Source: an uncultured Bacteroidales bacterium
Lineage (GTDB): Bacteria > Bacteroidota > Bacteroidia > Bacteroidales > Muribaculaceae
NCBI GenBank assembly: GCA_947175535.1
Contig: CAMWNF010000001.1
Location: 870 to 64,869 of the forward strand
Length of the DNA stretch: 64,000 bases
Direction: 5' to 3'
The notes beneath the pieces were generated by a model, which saw only the letters and a list, made by a program, of their open reading frames with translations, did no database searches and was not told where the DNA came from. The number at the start of each line of letters is the position of its first letter. Position 1 is the first letter of the stretch. Positions 44,275 to 55,395 of this stretch are shown here, one piece after another. Position numbers and translations under genes: made by a program.

Positions 44275-46302
44275 TTAACCCAAAATATCTTTAACGCAGG
44301 CGAGGATATTATGAACTGTGAAGCCAAATTTCTCGTCAAGCACCTTATAGGGCGCAGAAGCTCCGAAACGCTCCATTCCATAAACCACTCCGTTAAAGCC
44401 TTTTATCATGCGGATGACCGACGGCAGACCGGCTGTCAGACCGAATTGCGCTATACCGGCAGGCAAAACGCTGTTGCGATAGCTTTCATCCTGCATATTG
44501 AATAATCCGATTGAGGGCATCGACACGACATTAGCCTTAATGCCTTCCGCAGCCAACGCAACAGAGACATCGCACAACAACGACACCTCAGAGCCATTTG
44601 CGACAAGGATAATATCGGGATTGTCGTGTTTCATGACCGTATAGCCGCCCTTACGAGCCTGAAGGGCTTCCTGATAACGGTTTCCACCGGCAGAAGGCAA
44701 ATCGGGAATATCCTGACGAGTAAGCACCAATGCGCTGGGTGAATGAGTGTTGTTCATTGCCATCTCCCAGCAGACAACAGTCTCGGCAGAGTCGGCAGGA
44801 CGCATCGCGAGCAACGAAGGATAGCCGCTGAAATTCTTTATCTCTTCGAGCAGACGAAGCTGGGCTTCCTGCTCGATGGGTTCGTGAGTGGGTCCGTCTT
44901 CTCCGACACGGAAAGCGTCATGCGACCATACATATTTGACCGGAAGTTCCATCAGTGAAGCCAGACGCATGGCGGGTTTCATATAATCGGAGAAAACAAA
45001 GAATGTCGCACATGCACCGATGACACCACCATGAAGAGCTACACCATTAATAATAGATGCCATGGTGAGTTCGGCTACTCCGGCGTGAAGGAACGCACCG
45101 GAAAAATCACCGGGAACAAATGCGCCTGTTTTCTTCAGGAATGCTTCAGTCTTATCACTGTTGGCAAGGTCAGCAGAAGAAACAATCATATTTCCGACTT
45201 TCTCGCCGAGGACAGAAAGGACGTCGGCTGACGCCTGACGTGTAGACACGTTGGGTTTATGCGTTATCGCCGCATAGTCGATGTCGGGCAATTTACCATC
45301 GATATATGATTTAAGGAGCTGAGCCTTTTCGGGATTTGCTGCAGCCCACGCATCGAAAGCCTTGCGGCGCTCGGCAACTATAACACGCAGCTGTGCACGA
45401 CGTTCTTCGTAAAGTTTCTCCACATCTTCGAACACAATCCAGGGATTTTCGGGGTCGCCTCCAAGATTAGCAATCGTCGCGTTGACATCCGCGCCGGATT
45501 TGCTGAGGGGCTGACCATGAGTGGAGCATTGGTTTTCGAATGCCGAACCGTCCGTCTTGACGACACCTTTGCCCATAACGGTATTACCTATAATAATAGT
45601 CGGCTTAGAGGTCTCTTTGTGGGCTTTTTCGAGAGCATCGGCAATCTGGAGAGGGTCATTGCCGTCGATTTCTATGACATTCCAATGCCATGCGCGATAT
45701 TTTGCGGCATAGTCTTCACGGTCCACCGCATCAACTTCGGTCGACAGCTGGATGGTATTGGCGTCATAAAACATTATGAGGTTGGCGAGTCCGAGATAAC
45801 CGGCAATGCGACCGGCTCCCTGCGAGATTTCCTCCTGGATGCCGCCGTCGGAAATATAAGCATAAGTCTTGTGAGCTACGACGTCGCCGAAACGAGCCTG
45901 AAGGAAACGTTCTGCCAATGCGCAACCGACCGCCATAGTATGACCTTGACCAAGAGGGCCGGATGTGTTCTCAACACCACGCGAAGGGTCAACTTCGGGA
46001 TGACCTGGGGTCACACTACCCCACTGACGGAACTGCTTAAGCTCATCGATGGTGTAATTGCCCATAAGCGCGAGCACCGAATATAACATCGGTGACATAT
46101 GACCGGGGTCAAGAAAGAAACGGTCGCGGGCAAACCACGTCGGGTCATCAGGGTCACATACAAGGAATTTGGAATAAAGCACGTTGACAAAATCAGCGCC
46201 GCCCATCGCTCCGCCGGGATGACCGGAATTGGCTTTTTCGACCATTGAGGCAGCCAGAATACGGATATTATCAGCCGCGTGATTGAGAACCTTTGCGTCC
46301 AT
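44275..46302 (-). CDS. tkt: transketolase
   Basis: MDAKVLNHAADNIRILAASMVEKANSGHPGGAMGGADF ... GPLGQGH ... GDGGIQEEISQGA (GDG ThDP motif). The ATG is at 46302; the listed start at 46374 is an extension. Confidence 0.9.
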   Translation of the reverse strand: MDAKVLNHAADNIRILAASMVEKANSGHPGGAMGGADFVNVLYSKFLVCDPDDPTWFARDRFFLDPGHMSPMLYSVLALMGNYTIDELKQFRQWGSVTPGHPEVDPSRGVENTSGPLGQGHTMAVGCALAERFLQARFGDVVAHKTYAYISDGGIQEEISQGAGRIAGYLGLANLIMFYDANTIQLSTEVDAVDREDYAAKYRAWHWNVIEIDGNDPLQIADALEKAHKETSKPTIIIGNTVMGKGVVKTDGSAFENQCSTHGQPLSKSGADVNATIANLGGDPENPWIVFEDVEKLYEERRAQLRVIVAERRKAFDAWAAANPEKAQLLKSYIDGKLPDIDYAAITHKPNVSTRQASADVLSVLGEKVGNMIVSSADLANSDKTEAFLKKTGAFVPGDFSGAFLHAGVAELTMASIINGVALHGGVIGACATFFVFSDYMKPAMRLASLMELPVKYVWSHDAFRVGEDGPTHEPIEQEAQLRLLEEIKNFSGYPSLLAMRPADSAETVVCWEMAMNNTHSPSALVLTRQDIPDLPSAGGNRYQEALQARKGGYTVMKHDNPDIILVANGSEVSLLCDVSVALAAEGIKANVVSMPSIGLFNMQDESYRNSVLPAGIAQFGLTAGLPSVIRMIKGFNGVVYGMERFGASAPYKVLDEKFGFTVHNILACVKDILG

Positions 46303-46431
46303 ATCGGAAGAAGTGTTTCGTTTGTTAGTATAGTTTCGTGACACGAAGTTACGACAAAGTGATGTGTATAGCAAATTAATTTACCAACAATTTACACTCT
46401 TAACGTCAAATTACAGTCCTTTAATAAATTA

Positions 46432-46463
46432 GCGGGGCAACAAGAAAAATCTTGCCGCCCCGC
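46432..46463 (-). terminator. terminator-like hairpin after the MFS transporter gene
   Basis: GC-rich stem GCGGGGC..CAAG/CTTG..GCCCCGC with two internal mismatches, followed on the minus strand by TAATTTATT. Confidence 0.5.
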
Positions 46464-46489
46464 GAAAAAATCGTTGTTACGTAATCTGA

Positions 46490-47827
46490 TTACATAGCGT
46501 CGAGCATCTGCTCAGCTTCTTCACGGACATCGATGTGAGTGTCGACATTCTTCGAACCGATAAGAGCATAGAAGAGGATGTAAGCACCACAACCGAGTAC
46601 AATCCAATAGCTTGACAGATAGCTGCCGGTGAGGTCGGCAACCCAACCCTGAAGAGCAACCATAACAGCGCAACCGAATACCATGGTCATAAATGCGCCG
46701 GAAGCAATGGCTGTGTACTTGCCGAGACCTTCTACTGCCATATTGAAGATACCGCCCCACATAACAGAAGTACAGAGACCGATAAGGATGAAGGCGAATA
46801 TACCGACAGGCACCTCAGCCCACATTACACTTACCTTGCTCCAGTCGATGCCGGGTATATTGACAGTCCATGTCGAGGGTGCAAACATGCCGAAAGCGGT
46901 CAGGATAATAGCAGCCGAAGCAACCACGGTAATCATCGCACGCGATGATACTTTCGCACCGATGCTACTGCCGACAAAACGACCGACAAGCATCATAAGC
47001 CAGTAAACCGCTACAATCTGACCAACTATGTTGGCATCCATACCGAGACCCGGAGTCGCTGCGTCAGGTGCGCCGGTGAGATACTGAAGCACGTAAGTAG
47101 GAGTGCCGACTTCAAGACCCATATAAAGGAAGATAGCAAGAATGCCGAGGTTGAAGTGACGGAATGAGAATGCACTGTGAGGGTCGTGACCTTTTTCTGT
47201 TTTTTTGGTCTTCGGACGTGCGGGTTCATCAATATGTGTGAAAAGAATAACAATGAACGCTACGATAAACACACCGCCTGCAATAAAGAGAGCGGGAGTG
47301 GCGTCATTAACGTGAGCTTTAGCAGCATCGCCGATAAGGGCACCCATAAGGATATAGACTGCGACCGCAGCTGCCGAGTTGAATACGCCGCCAAGCTGAA
47401 TGAACTGGTTGCCACGATTACCGCCACCACCAAGGATGTTAAGCATCGGGTTAACGACAGTGTTAAGCATACACATACAGAAACCTGCGATGAACGCACC
47501 GACGAGGTAAACCGCGAATGCACAGTTCTGCATGCTTTCCCAGCCACTCATCCACTGCACGAAGATGCCGACAATGCCGACTACGAGCGCGAGAAGTGCG
47601 GTCGCTTTATAGCCGTACTTTTTAATCAACATACCTGAGGGAATACCCATCACGAGATATGCAATAAAGTTACCATAGTTACCAATCTGTGCTTCAAGGT
47701 TAGACGCGCCAAATTGGTTCTTTACTATGATTGCCATCGGTGAACACAAGTTGGTCACGAATGCAATCATTGCGAAAAGGGCAATCATGACGATGATAGC
47801 GCCCCATTGTTTCGAGTTGTTGCTCAT
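46490..47827 (-). CDS. sugar MFS transporter (FucP/GluP-like)
   Basis: 445 aa with about 12 hydrophobic segments. The N-terminus IAFVTNLCSPMAIIVKNQF ... GNFIAYLVMGIPSGMLIKKYGYK is typical of the glucose/galactose/fucose permease subfamily. Confidence 0.75.
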   Translation of the reverse strand: MSNNSKQWGAIIVMIALFAMIAFVTNLCSPMAIIVKNQFGASNLEAQIGNYGNFIAYLVMGIPSGMLIKKYGYKATALLALVVGIVGIFVQWMSGWESMQNCAFAVYLVGAFIAGFCMCMLNTVVNPMLNILGGGGNRGNQFIQLGGVFNSAAAVAVYILMGALIGDAAKAHVNDATPALFIAGGVFIVAFIVILFTHIDEPARPKTKKTEKGHDPHSAFSFRHFNLGILAIFLYMGLEVGTPTYVLQYLTGAPDAATPGLGMDANIVGQIVAVYWLMMLVGRFVGSSIGAKVSSRAMITVVASAAIILTAFGMFAPSTWTVNIPGIDWSKVSVMWAEVPVGIFAFILIGLCTSVMWGGIFNMAVEGLGKYTAIASGAFMTMVFGCAVMVALQGWVADLTGSYLSSYWIVLGCGAYILFYALIGSKNVDTHIDVREEAEQMLDAM

Positions 47828-48000
47828 GATAATAATTTGGTTTTATTTAATTATAATAATTGTACAAGTCAGCAGAAAAAACATTAGAAAGCGACGTAAT
47901 ACGCTATTATTGCCATAAAGTTAGGACTTTTTTGTGTAATGGCGTAAATTTTAAGATTTTTTTGTCGTTTTTAGAGCCAATATCTCGCGTCACACACAAA

Positions 48001-48669
48001 TTAATACTCCCGTTGTCCGAAAATAGCTGTGCCGACCCTGACAAGCGTCGAACCCTGTGCCACGGCGAGTGGATAATCATCGCTCATGCCCATCGACAGG
48101 GTATCGAACCCTCTTAAATCGGGAGCAATCTCCTTAATCTTGCGATACGTCCCGGCAATCCTGGCAAAATCAGCAGAAATCCTTTCGGTGTCATCAGTAT
48201 TGGTCGCCATTCCCATCAGACCGCAAATGTGCGTGGCTTTTAGATTTTCAAAGCCGCGGTTCTCAAACCATTCGAGAAGTTCTTCAGGGTAGAAGCCGAA
48301 CTTGGTTTCCTCTCTGGCAACATGCAACTGTATCAGCACACGACTGACGACACCGCGTTTTTCCGAAAGTTCGTCAATCATTTCAAGCAGCCTTAAAGAA
48401 TCGACGCTTTCGATAAGAGCAACCCTACCGATAACCTGCTTCAATTTATTGGTCTGCAGATGACCGATAAAGTGCCAACGAGTGTCAGACGGCATATTTG
48501 GAATTTTTTCGACAAGTTCCTGTACCCGGCTCTCACCGAATATCCGTTGCCCTGCGGCATAAGCTTCCTGCAAAGCTACGACCGGATGGAATTTTGACAC
48601 AGCGACAAGGTCGACACCCGCGGGGAGCGTCGACCTGATGCTGTCGAGTCTTTCGGCTATTGATGACAT
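48001..48669 (-). CDS. YggS-family pyridoxal-phosphate homeostasis protein
   Basis: LVAVSKFHP (PLP lysine), WHFIGHLQTNK, LSMGMSDDY, and VRVGTAIFG at the C-terminus. Confidence 0.85.
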   Translation of the reverse strand: MSSIAERLDSIRSTLPAGVDLVAVSKFHPVVALQEAYAAGQRIFGESRVQELVEKIPNMPSDTRWHFIGHLQTNKLKQVIGRVALIESVDSLRLLEMIDELSEKRGVVSRVLIQLHVAREETKFGFYPEELLEWFENRGFENLKATHICGLMGMATNTDDTERISADFARIAGTYRKIKEIAPDLRGFDTLSMGMSDDYPLAVAQGSTLVRVGTAIFGQREY

Positions 48670-48672
48670 TAT

Positions 48673-49125
48673 TTATTGTGCGACGGGTGTTTCGCCGGGA
48701 ACTTTCACCTTATAGACATCCATCAAAGGAGTTTCGGTAATCGAAACAATCTCATAGTCAGCCATCGTGTCCTTCATACCCTCGATGAAGTTATCGAGAG
48801 CTTCCTTGAAGTTGGATGCCTGAACGAGAATAAGAGTCGCCGTCCGTTTTTCTACACCGCTTCGCTCGTCTATAGTAATAAACGCAACTTTGACAAGATA
48901 CCAGCGGTCACCGCCTTCATTCCAGAAAATTTCGGAAATTTTGGTACGTTTCACCGCCGACACCGAAAACTCACCGGAAATAAAGGGTGTCTGTTCATCT
49001 ATAATGCGAGCCTCAGCCTCAGTGAACGACAGCGCGTCGACGAGGTAGGGTTCGTTTACTTTCTTTACCGCGCCATTTTCCTGAAGTTTGTCATAGCGCA
49101 CTTTACATTCAAACCAATTTGCCAT
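48673..49125 (-). CDS. DUF4494-like conserved Bacteroidetes protein
   Basis: The N-terminus MANWFECKVRYDKLQENGAVKKVNEPYLVDALSFTEAEARI is recalled as DUF4494. 150 aa, 3 bp upstream of the yggS-like gene. Confidence 0.55.
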   Translation of the reverse strand: MANWFECKVRYDKLQENGAVKKVNEPYLVDALSFTEAEARIIDEQTPFISGEFSVSAVKRTKISEIFWNEGGDRWYLVKVAFITIDERSGVEKRTATLILVQASNFKEALDNFIEGMKDTMADYEIVSITETPLMDVYKVKVPGETPVAQ

Positions 49126-49187
49126 TTTGTGTGGTATAAGTTATTTATCGCGCCTGCGGCACGAATTATCAAAATCGAAATATCACA

Positions 49188-49195
49188 CAAATGTA
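49188..49195 (-). promoter_or_regulatory. -7 promoter box for the DUF4494/YggS operon
   Basis: TACATTTG on the minus strand, 63 nt upstream of the ATG at 49125. Confidence 0.4.
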
Positions 49196-49236
49196 CGAAT
49201 TAATTTGGAGTGCGCAAGGACGAAACCTGTCAAAAA

Positions 49237-50856
49237 TCACTCCGGCTTTTCCCCTTTGAGCAGGGAGTCGTAGCGTTTGCCGTCATTTATAAGTTTGAGT
49301 GCTTCTTTATATTCCGGAGTCAAAGGATTTAAGAAACGGAACACTGAACTATCCTCGTACAAATCACGTGAAAGGAGACCCTTTATCAATGCGATGATAT
49401 AAGGGCTGCTTCTCTGCCATTGTTCCTCATTAAACTCGACTCCTTCTTTTTCACCCGCGGCAATAAGCTGACGTTCAAGTTCCGGCGTAAATTCGAAAAC
49501 CTTGACGAATGCATCTTCATCGGGATACGATTTTTTAAGTTCTGCACGATGAGCATCGACATAGTTCAGACAGAACTGGTTGATGACACCTTTGGCGTTG
49601 AGGTCACGATAATACGGACTGAAGAAAGTCGTATCAACAGGAACAAAGACATCCGGTAATATTCCTCCGCCACCATAGACAGGACGATGGTTGCGCAAAG
49701 TCTCGTATTTCAGCGATTCGTCGAGATGGATGCTGTCCGCGCTCCATAATTCTCCGCTCTTGTAGCGGTTGAACATATCGAGCATATATTCCTCACCCTG
49801 CCCTTTCTCATAATGCTTCTGGATAGAACGTCCGGAGGGAGTGTAATATCGTGCGGTTGTAAGACGAATCATCGAGCCGTCGGGGAATGGGAAAGGACGC
49901 TGCACCAAACCTTTACCGAAAGTACGTCGACCGACAATCAGGGCACGATCATTATCCTGCAATGCGCCTGAAAGGATTTCTGATGCAGATGCTGAATATT
50001 GATTAACCATCACAACGACTTTCATGTCGCGCAGGTTTCCGTCGGCATCAAGATTAAAATATGCAGGTTGACTGTGAAGTCCTTTTGTATAAACCACCGG
50101 ATCACCCTTAGCCAAGAACTGCGATGCAAGCTCAACAGCTGCACCAAGATAGCCGCCTCCATTATCCTGAAGATCGAGGATAAGATTAGTCATTCCCTTT
50201 GCCTGTAATTTTTTTACTGCACGGGCGACTTCTTCTGCCGTATCCTCGGCAAAGCGGCTGACACGGATATAGCCGGTCGAATCGTTAGCCATATATGCGG
50301 CGTCAACACTATAAATGGGTATATCGTCACGGACGACGACAAAATCAATCAGCTCCGGTTCGCCACCTCTTTTTACCTTAAGATTCACTTTCGAACCCTT
50401 CTCTCCTCGGAGAATTTTAAGGATTGCGGAATTAGGGAGTTTCTTACCCGCTATAATACTGTCATCAGCCTGTATGATACGGTCGCCGGGGCGAATGCCG
50501 ACCTTTTCGGAAGGACCTCCGGCGATGGTCTGTATAACATAGACAGTATCAGTAGCGGCATTAAACTGTATGCCGATGCCGCTGAACTTACCCTCAAGCG
50601 GCTGAGTCAACTCTTTGGTTTCTTCAGGGTCAGAGTATGAAGAATGGGGGTCGAGGGTCTTGAGCATGGCTATGATGGCCTCGTCAGTGAGTTTCTGACC
50701 GTCGACATCCTCGACATAGTAATTCTGGATGAGTGCTGACGCCATGCGTAGTTTCTGGTCGGGGGTCAGTTCACGACTCTGGTTCTGCTGCGCGCATGAC
50801 ACTAATGGCGACAAAACAAAAACTGCGGAGAGAGAGAGTATGAATTTCTTAATCAT
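49237..50856 (-). CDS. S41-family carboxy-terminal processing peptidase
   Basis: Signal peptide. PDZ segment GGPSEKVGIRPGDRIIQADD. Also LILDLQDNGGGYL and the catalytic region NQYSASASEILSGALQDNDRALIVGRRTFGKGLVQ. Confidence 0.85.
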   Translation of the reverse strand: MIKKFILSLSAVFVLSPLVSCAQQNQSRELTPDQKLRMASALIQNYYVEDVDGQKLTDEAIIAMLKTLDPHSSYSDPEETKELTQPLEGKFSGIGIQFNAATDTVYVIQTIAGGPSEKVGIRPGDRIIQADDSIIAGKKLPNSAILKILRGEKGSKVNLKVKRGGEPELIDFVVVRDDIPIYSVDAAYMANDSTGYIRVSRFAEDTAEEVARAVKKLQAKGMTNLILDLQDNGGGYLGAAVELASQFLAKGDPVVYTKGLHSQPAYFNLDADGNLRDMKVVVMVNQYSASASEILSGALQDNDRALIVGRRTFGKGLVQRPFPFPDGSMIRLTTARYYTPSGRSIQKHYEKGQGEEYMLDMFNRYKSGELWSADSIHLDESLKYETLRNHRPVYGGGGILPDVFVPVDTTFFSPYYRDLNAKGVINQFCLNYVDAHRAELKKSYPDEDAFVKVFEFTPELERQLIAAGEKEGVEFNEEQWQRSSPYIIALIKGLLSRDLYEDSSVFRFLNPLTPEYKEALKLINDGKRYDSLLKGEKPE

Positions 50857-50890
50857 AATACAATTTTATGAAACGTAGTTCTTTATTAAT

Positions 50891-51358
50891 TCAATCCGGT
50901 AAATAGCGCGAGGCATCTTTACCGAATGCCTGCAATTCACGAACGACCGACGACGACACCGCCGAATGTTCGGGCAAACTATATAATAAAACGGTTTCGA
51001 GACCGGAAAGTTGACGGTTTATATCCGCCATATCGCGTTCGTATTCGAAATCTTTGACAGAACGCACACCTCGCAGGAGACACGACGCATCTTCATCACG
51101 CGCCGCATCGACGGTCAGCCCCGAATAAGTAACGACTTTCACACGAGGTTCCGTTTCATAGAGACGGATAATGTGTCTGGCACGTCGCTCGGCTTCCTCC
51201 GCACTTGTTTTCAATGAATTAATCCCGATGCCGATAACAATTTCGTCAAATATTGCGAGTCCTCGTTCGACAATAGAGGCATGACCGATTGTAAACGGGT
51301 CAAACGAACCGGCGAAAAACGCAATGCGCTTTTTATTGCTGGACGATTTCGCTGTCAT
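50891..51358 (-). CDS. coaD: pantetheine-phosphate adenylyltransferase
   Basis: [16 protein letters not shown] contains the (T/H)xGH nucleotidyltransferase motif. An ATG at 51358 gives 155 aa and overlaps the parE end by 26 bp. Confidence 0.85.
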   Translation of the reverse strand: MTAKSSSNKKRIAFFAGSFDPFTIGHASIVERGLAIFDEIVIGIGINSLKTSAEEAERRARHIIRLYETEPRVKVVTYSGLTVDAARDEDASCLLRGVRSVKDFEYERDMADINRQLSGLETVLLYSLPEHSAVSSSVVRELQAFGKDASRYLPD

Positions 51359-53273
51359 CTTCAACAACAAGATTTTCAATAATAAAATTCTGACGTTCCA
51401 TCGTGTTCTTGCCCATATAGAACTCAAGCAAACCGTCAACACCGTCTTCTTTGCGGAGAGTCACACGGTCGACACGCATTCCTTCTCCGATAAATCCTCG
51501 GAATTCCTCTGGTGAAATCTCACCAAGACCTTTGAAACGGGTGATTTCAGCATTTTCACCAAGAAGATTTATTGCTGCGATACGTTCTTCATCGCTGTAG
51601 CAGTAATACGTTTCTGCATCAGCTGCTTTTTTAGAGCCGCGTTTGGCTGTCTTTTTGTTTCGGACACGAAAAAGAGGAGTCTGTAGCACATAAACGTGAC
51701 CCTTCTTTATAAGGTCGGGGAAGAACTGAAGGAAGAATGTAATCATCAGCAAGCGGATATGCATGCCGTCGACATCGGCATCGGTAGCGATGATGACATT
51801 GTTATAACGCAATCCGTCTATACCGTCCTCAATGTTCAGAGCAGCTTGCAGAAGGTTGAATTCGTCGTTCTCATACAGCACCTTTTGAGTAACGCCATAT
51901 GTATTAAGGGGTTTACCTCGCAGCGAAAAAACCGCCTGAGTCTCGACATTACGAATTTTCGTGATAGACCCTGCAGCCGAATCGCCCTCGGTGATAAAGA
52001 TACTCGATGCAAGTTTCTTATCCTCATCTCCTTTGGCATCACTTAGATGGACACGGCAGTCGAGCAGTTTTTTGTTATGCAGATTGACTTTCTTAGCCTT
52101 TTCACGGGCAAGTTTGGCAACGCCAGCCATCGCTTTACGGTCGCGTTCGCTCTCCTGCACCTTTTTGAGGATTATTTCCGCCGTGTCGAGCTCACGATGG
52201 AGATAGTTATCAAGTTCTTTCTTTATGAAATCGCCGATAAACTTTGCTATGGTCGGACCATCCGGTCCCATATCCCTCGAACCGAGTTTTGTTTTGGTCT
52301 GCGACTCGAACACTGGTTCCTCGACCTTGATTGCTACAGCGGCAACCATGCCGTTACGGATATCTGAATATTCGAAATTGCGGTTGAAATATTCTTTCAG
52401 AGTTCTTGAAACTGCTTCTTTGAAAGCACTCAGATGAGTACCTCCTTGAGTGGTATGCTGACCGTTGACAAATGAATAATACTCTTCACCGTATTGATTG
52501 ACATGAGTAATCGCCACCTCTATATCAGCATCTTTAAGATGAATGACCGGATAGAGCGGTTCCTGAGTCATATTCTCGCGCAGCAAATCAAGCAGACCAT
52601 GACGCGATATGAATTTCTGTCCGTTGAAAACGATAGTCAGACCGGTGTTCAAGAACGTATAGTTCTTTACAAGCGGAATAATGAATTCCTCACGGAAATG
52701 ATAGTCACGGAATATAGAGGCGTCAGGAGTAAAACCGACAAAAGTGCCGTTAGGCTCGTCTGTCGGAACGACAGGACTTTCTTCAATAAGTTCACCACAT
52801 GAGAAGCGCGCCGACTTCATTTGACCGTCGCGGACCGAACGAATCTCAAATCCGGTAGACAATGCGTTGACAGCTTTTATGCCGACACCGTTCAGGCCTA
52901 CCGATTTCTTGAACGCCTTAGAATCATATTTACCGCCGGTATTCATTTTTGAGGCTACATCAATCAGTTTTCCCAAGGGTATGCCTCGACCATAGTCGCG
53001 GACAGTTACCATCTCATCGCTTACATCGACAGCGATAGATTTTCCGAAGCCCATCATAAACTCGTCGATAGAGTTGTCAAGAACTTCTTTCAGCAACACA
53101 TATATACCGTCGTCGGAGTTAGAGCCGTCGCCGAGCTTACCGATATACATACCCGGACGACGACGGATATGCTCTTTCCAGTCAAGAGTCTTTATATCGT
53201 CTTCGCTATATTGTGCGCTGCCGTCGACCGGCGAGCCGTTTTCGTCAAAAAGGATGTCGTCTGCTTCTGTCAT
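51333..53273 (-). CDS. parE: type IIA DNA topoisomerase subunit B, ParE-like
   Basis: [40 protein letters not shown], a GHKL ATPase, and the Toprim segments [10 protein letters not shown] and [13 protein letters not shown]. The ATG is at 53273. Confidence 0.8.
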   Translation of the reverse strand: MTEADDILFDENGSPVDGSAQYSEDDIKTLDWKEHIRRRPGMYIGKLGDGSNSDDGIYVLLKEVLDNSIDEFMMGFGKSIAVDVSDEMVTVRDYGRGIPLGKLIDVASKMNTGGKYDSKAFKKSVGLNGVGIKAVNALSTGFEIRSVRDGQMKSARFSCGELIEESPVVPTDEPNGTFVGFTPDASIFRDYHFREEFIIPLVKNYTFLNTGLTIVFNGQKFISRHGLLDLLRENMTQEPLYPVIHLKDADIEVAITHVNQYGEEYYSFVNGQHTTQGGTHLSAFKEAVSRTLKEYFNRNFEYSDIRNGMVAAVAIKVEEPVFESQTKTKLGSRDMGPDGPTIAKFIGDFIKKELDNYLHRELDTAEIILKKVQESERDRKAMAGVAKLAREKAKKVNLHNKKLLDCRVHLSDAKGDEDKKLASSIFITEGDSAAGSITKIRNVETQAVFSLRGKPLNTYGVTQKVLYENDEFNLLQAALNIEDGIDGLRYNNVIIATDADVDGMHIRLLMITFFLQFFPDLIKKGHVYVLQTPLFRVRNKKTAKRGSKKAADAETYYCYSDEERIAAINLLGENAEITRFKGLGEISPEEFRGFIGEGMRVDRVTLRKEDGVDGLLEFYMGKNTMERQNFIIENLVVEDDSEIVQQ

Positions 53274-53305
53274 GATAAATAGATAAAATCGTATTGTAGC
53301 CACTA

Positions 53306-53313
53306 CAAAGTTA
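53306..53313 (-). promoter_or_regulatory. -7 promoter box for parE-coaD
   Basis: TAACTTTG on the minus strand, 33 nt upstream of the ATG at 53273. Confidence 0.55.
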
Positions 53314-53380
53314 CGAAATTTCTTGACAAATTTAATAATTATCAAAACAATAATGCAGACCGTAAGGTCGTTGAACAGAT

Positions 53381-54322
53381 ATGATGACCGATAAAGCCGT
53401 ATCTATAATCATCCCCGTCTACAACCGGGCGGAAACAATCTGCCGATGCCTTGACTCAATTGCATTACAACGCTCAATCGACAGGTTTGAACTTATTATT
53501 GTCGACAATAATTCGACAGACAACTCAGTCGATGAAATCATCCGGTGGCAGAAAGAACATCCATCGGTTAAATCGCTCATTGCTGAAGAAAAAAAACAAG
53601 GTGCGGCATCAGCCCGCAACGCTGGTCTGGCATTGGCAACGACGTCATATGTCATGTTTTTCGACTCTGACGACGAGATGATGCAGGGACATCTTGAACG
53701 ACTGATCAACGGCATTGAAGCTAATCCCGACGCCAACCTGTTAGGCTGGAGCACATTATGCGAATTACCTGACGGCAGGAAATATCTTACGCCATATGCA
53801 AAAGACCGGCTGCTATTCAACCACCTTGCCCAAGCCATATTGTCGACCGAACACTATGCGGTCAAAACTTCACTGATTAAAGAAATCGGAGGTTGGAACG
53901 AGACCTTGAAAGGCTGGGATGATTATGAGTTAGGAGTAAGGATACTTGTAAAACGTCCTAAATCAATATATCTTCCGGATGGTGCGGAAAGTTCATTGGT
54001 AAGACCTCGTTTCACCCAAGAGTCAATCACAGGCTCCCTGTTCTCCCCAACTCCCGAAAAATGGGAAGCCGCCTTAGACTGCATAGAGGAGACATTACGC
54101 CAATTTTGTCCCGAGGCACTCTGTTGGGTCGGATTCAGACGGGCAGTTCTCGCCGGTCTATATGCAAGAGAAGGAGCGACTGCCGACGCAACGCGCCTTC
54201 TGGCAGTCGCTCCTTGCAAGGAGTTTAATCGGTCCTATGCACATATTTGTTACGGAATCACGCGTTTATTCGGACGAGGTGCCCGCGCGATAGCGTCACG
54301 AATATTACCGACTGACTTTTAA
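53381..54322 (+). CDS. family 2 glycosyltransferase
   Basis: [21 protein letters not shown] ... [13 protein letters not shown] ... FFDSDDEM (DxD). Confidence 0.8.
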   Translation: MMTDKAVSIIIPVYNRAETICRCLDSIALQRSIDRFELIIVDNNSTDNSVDEIIRWQKEHPSVKSLIAEEKKQGAASARNAGLALATTSYVMFFDSDDEMMQGHLERLINGIEANPDANLLGWSTLCELPDGRKYLTPYAKDRLLFNHLAQAILSTEHYAVKTSLIKEIGGWNETLKGWDDYELGVRILVKRPKSIYLPDGAESSLVRPRFTQESITGSLFSPTPEKWEAALDCIEETLRQFCPEALCWVGFRRAVLAGLYAREGATADATRLLAVAPCKEFNRSYAHICYGITRLFGRGARAIASRILPTDF

Positions 54323-55369
54323 TTACTTATTATTTTCGGGACGGAGTTTGCGGACAGTCTCGGCTGCGCGCCAAAGTTCGCTTTCACGAAGTTCCTTGAG
54401 TTCTTTTTCGAGACCTTCGCGGTAACCGGGTTTAGAGTTGGAGTCAATTGATTTCTGGGCTTCGACACCACTTTCCACGCTCTGATAGAGTCGTTCGACA
54501 ACCGGTTTTATCGCGTCGTGGAACGGATCTTTCCAATCGAGGGCACCACGCTGAGCTGTTGTTGAACAATTAGCATACATCCAATCCATACCTTTTGCCG
54601 CGAAAAGGGGCATAAGTGACTGAGTCAACTCCTCAACAGTTTCATTGAATGCTTCTGAGGGAGTGTGTCCATGTTCGCGGAGCACTTCATACTGAGCCGC
54701 AAACAGCCCTTGTATAGCACCCATAAGAGCACCGCGTTCGCCTGTAAGGTCGCTGATAGCCTCGCGTCGGATGGTAGTCTCAAAGAGATAGCCTGAGCCG
54801 ATACCGATACCGAGGGCAAGTGTGCGTTCGAGTGCACGACCGGTATAATCCTGTTCAACAGCGTATGAAGCGTTGATGCCGCGACCTTCAAGGAAAAGAG
54901 AACGGACAGTCGTGCCCGAACCTTTCGGAGCCACCATAATAACATCGACATCGGCAGGAGGAACCACACCCGTGCGATCGCTCCATGTTATAGCGAAACC
55001 ATGGCTGAAATAAAGTGCGTCGCCGGCTTTTAGGTTTGCCTTGATTGTGGGCCATACACTCAGCACCGCAGCGTCGGAAAGGAGACAAAGGATAATAGTG
55101 CCTCTTTTGCAAGCCTCTTCTATGCTGAAAAGAGTCTCACCCGGGACCCAGCCGTCGGCTATTGCTTTGTCAAAAGTCTTGCCTTTGCGCTGACCGACGA
55201 TAACGTTGAAACCGTTGTCGCGCAGATTAAGGCTCTGTCCGGGACCCTGGACACCATAACCGATGACTGCGATGGTCTCGTCTTTCAGTACTTCCCGAGC
55301 TTTTTCGAGAGGGAATTCTTCTCTGGTTACGACGGTTTCTTCAACTCCGCCAAAATTCAATTTTGCCAT
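54323..55369 (-). CDS. ilvC: ketol-acid reductoisomerase
   Basis: IAVIGYGVQGPGQSLNLRDNG and a class I KARI length of 348 aa. Confidence 0.9.
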   Translation of the reverse strand: MAKLNFGGVEETVVTREEFPLEKAREVLKDETIAVIGYGVQGPGQSLNLRDNGFNVIVGQRKGKTFDKAIADGWVPGETLFSIEEACKRGTIILCLLSDAAVLSVWPTIKANLKAGDALYFSHGFAITWSDRTGVVPPADVDVIMVAPKGSGTTVRSLFLEGRGINASYAVEQDYTGRALERTLALGIGIGSGYLFETTIRREAISDLTGERGALMGAIQGLFAAQYEVLREHGHTPSEAFNETVEELTQSLMPLFAAKGMDWMYANCSTTAQRGALDWKDPFHDAIKPVVERLYQSVESGVEAQKSIDSNSKPGYREGLEKELKELRESELWRAAETVRKLRPENNK

Positions 55370-55395
55370 AATTATAAAATTATATTATTGTTTGA

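Noticed and set aside
47905-47925. Near-consensus -7 box (TAACTTTA on the minus strand) upstream of the MFS transporter gene. Similar one-mismatch boxes lie upstream of ptb, tkt and ompA.
   Set aside because: One-mismatch matches to a motif with 6 fixed bases are too frequent by chance to report as features.
54320-54325. The GT2 gene and ilvC converge with zero intergenic bases (TAA|TTA) and no terminator.
   Set aside because: This is real but ordinary for compact genomes. There is no structure to interpret, so it is noted only as a possible source of read-through antisense transcription.
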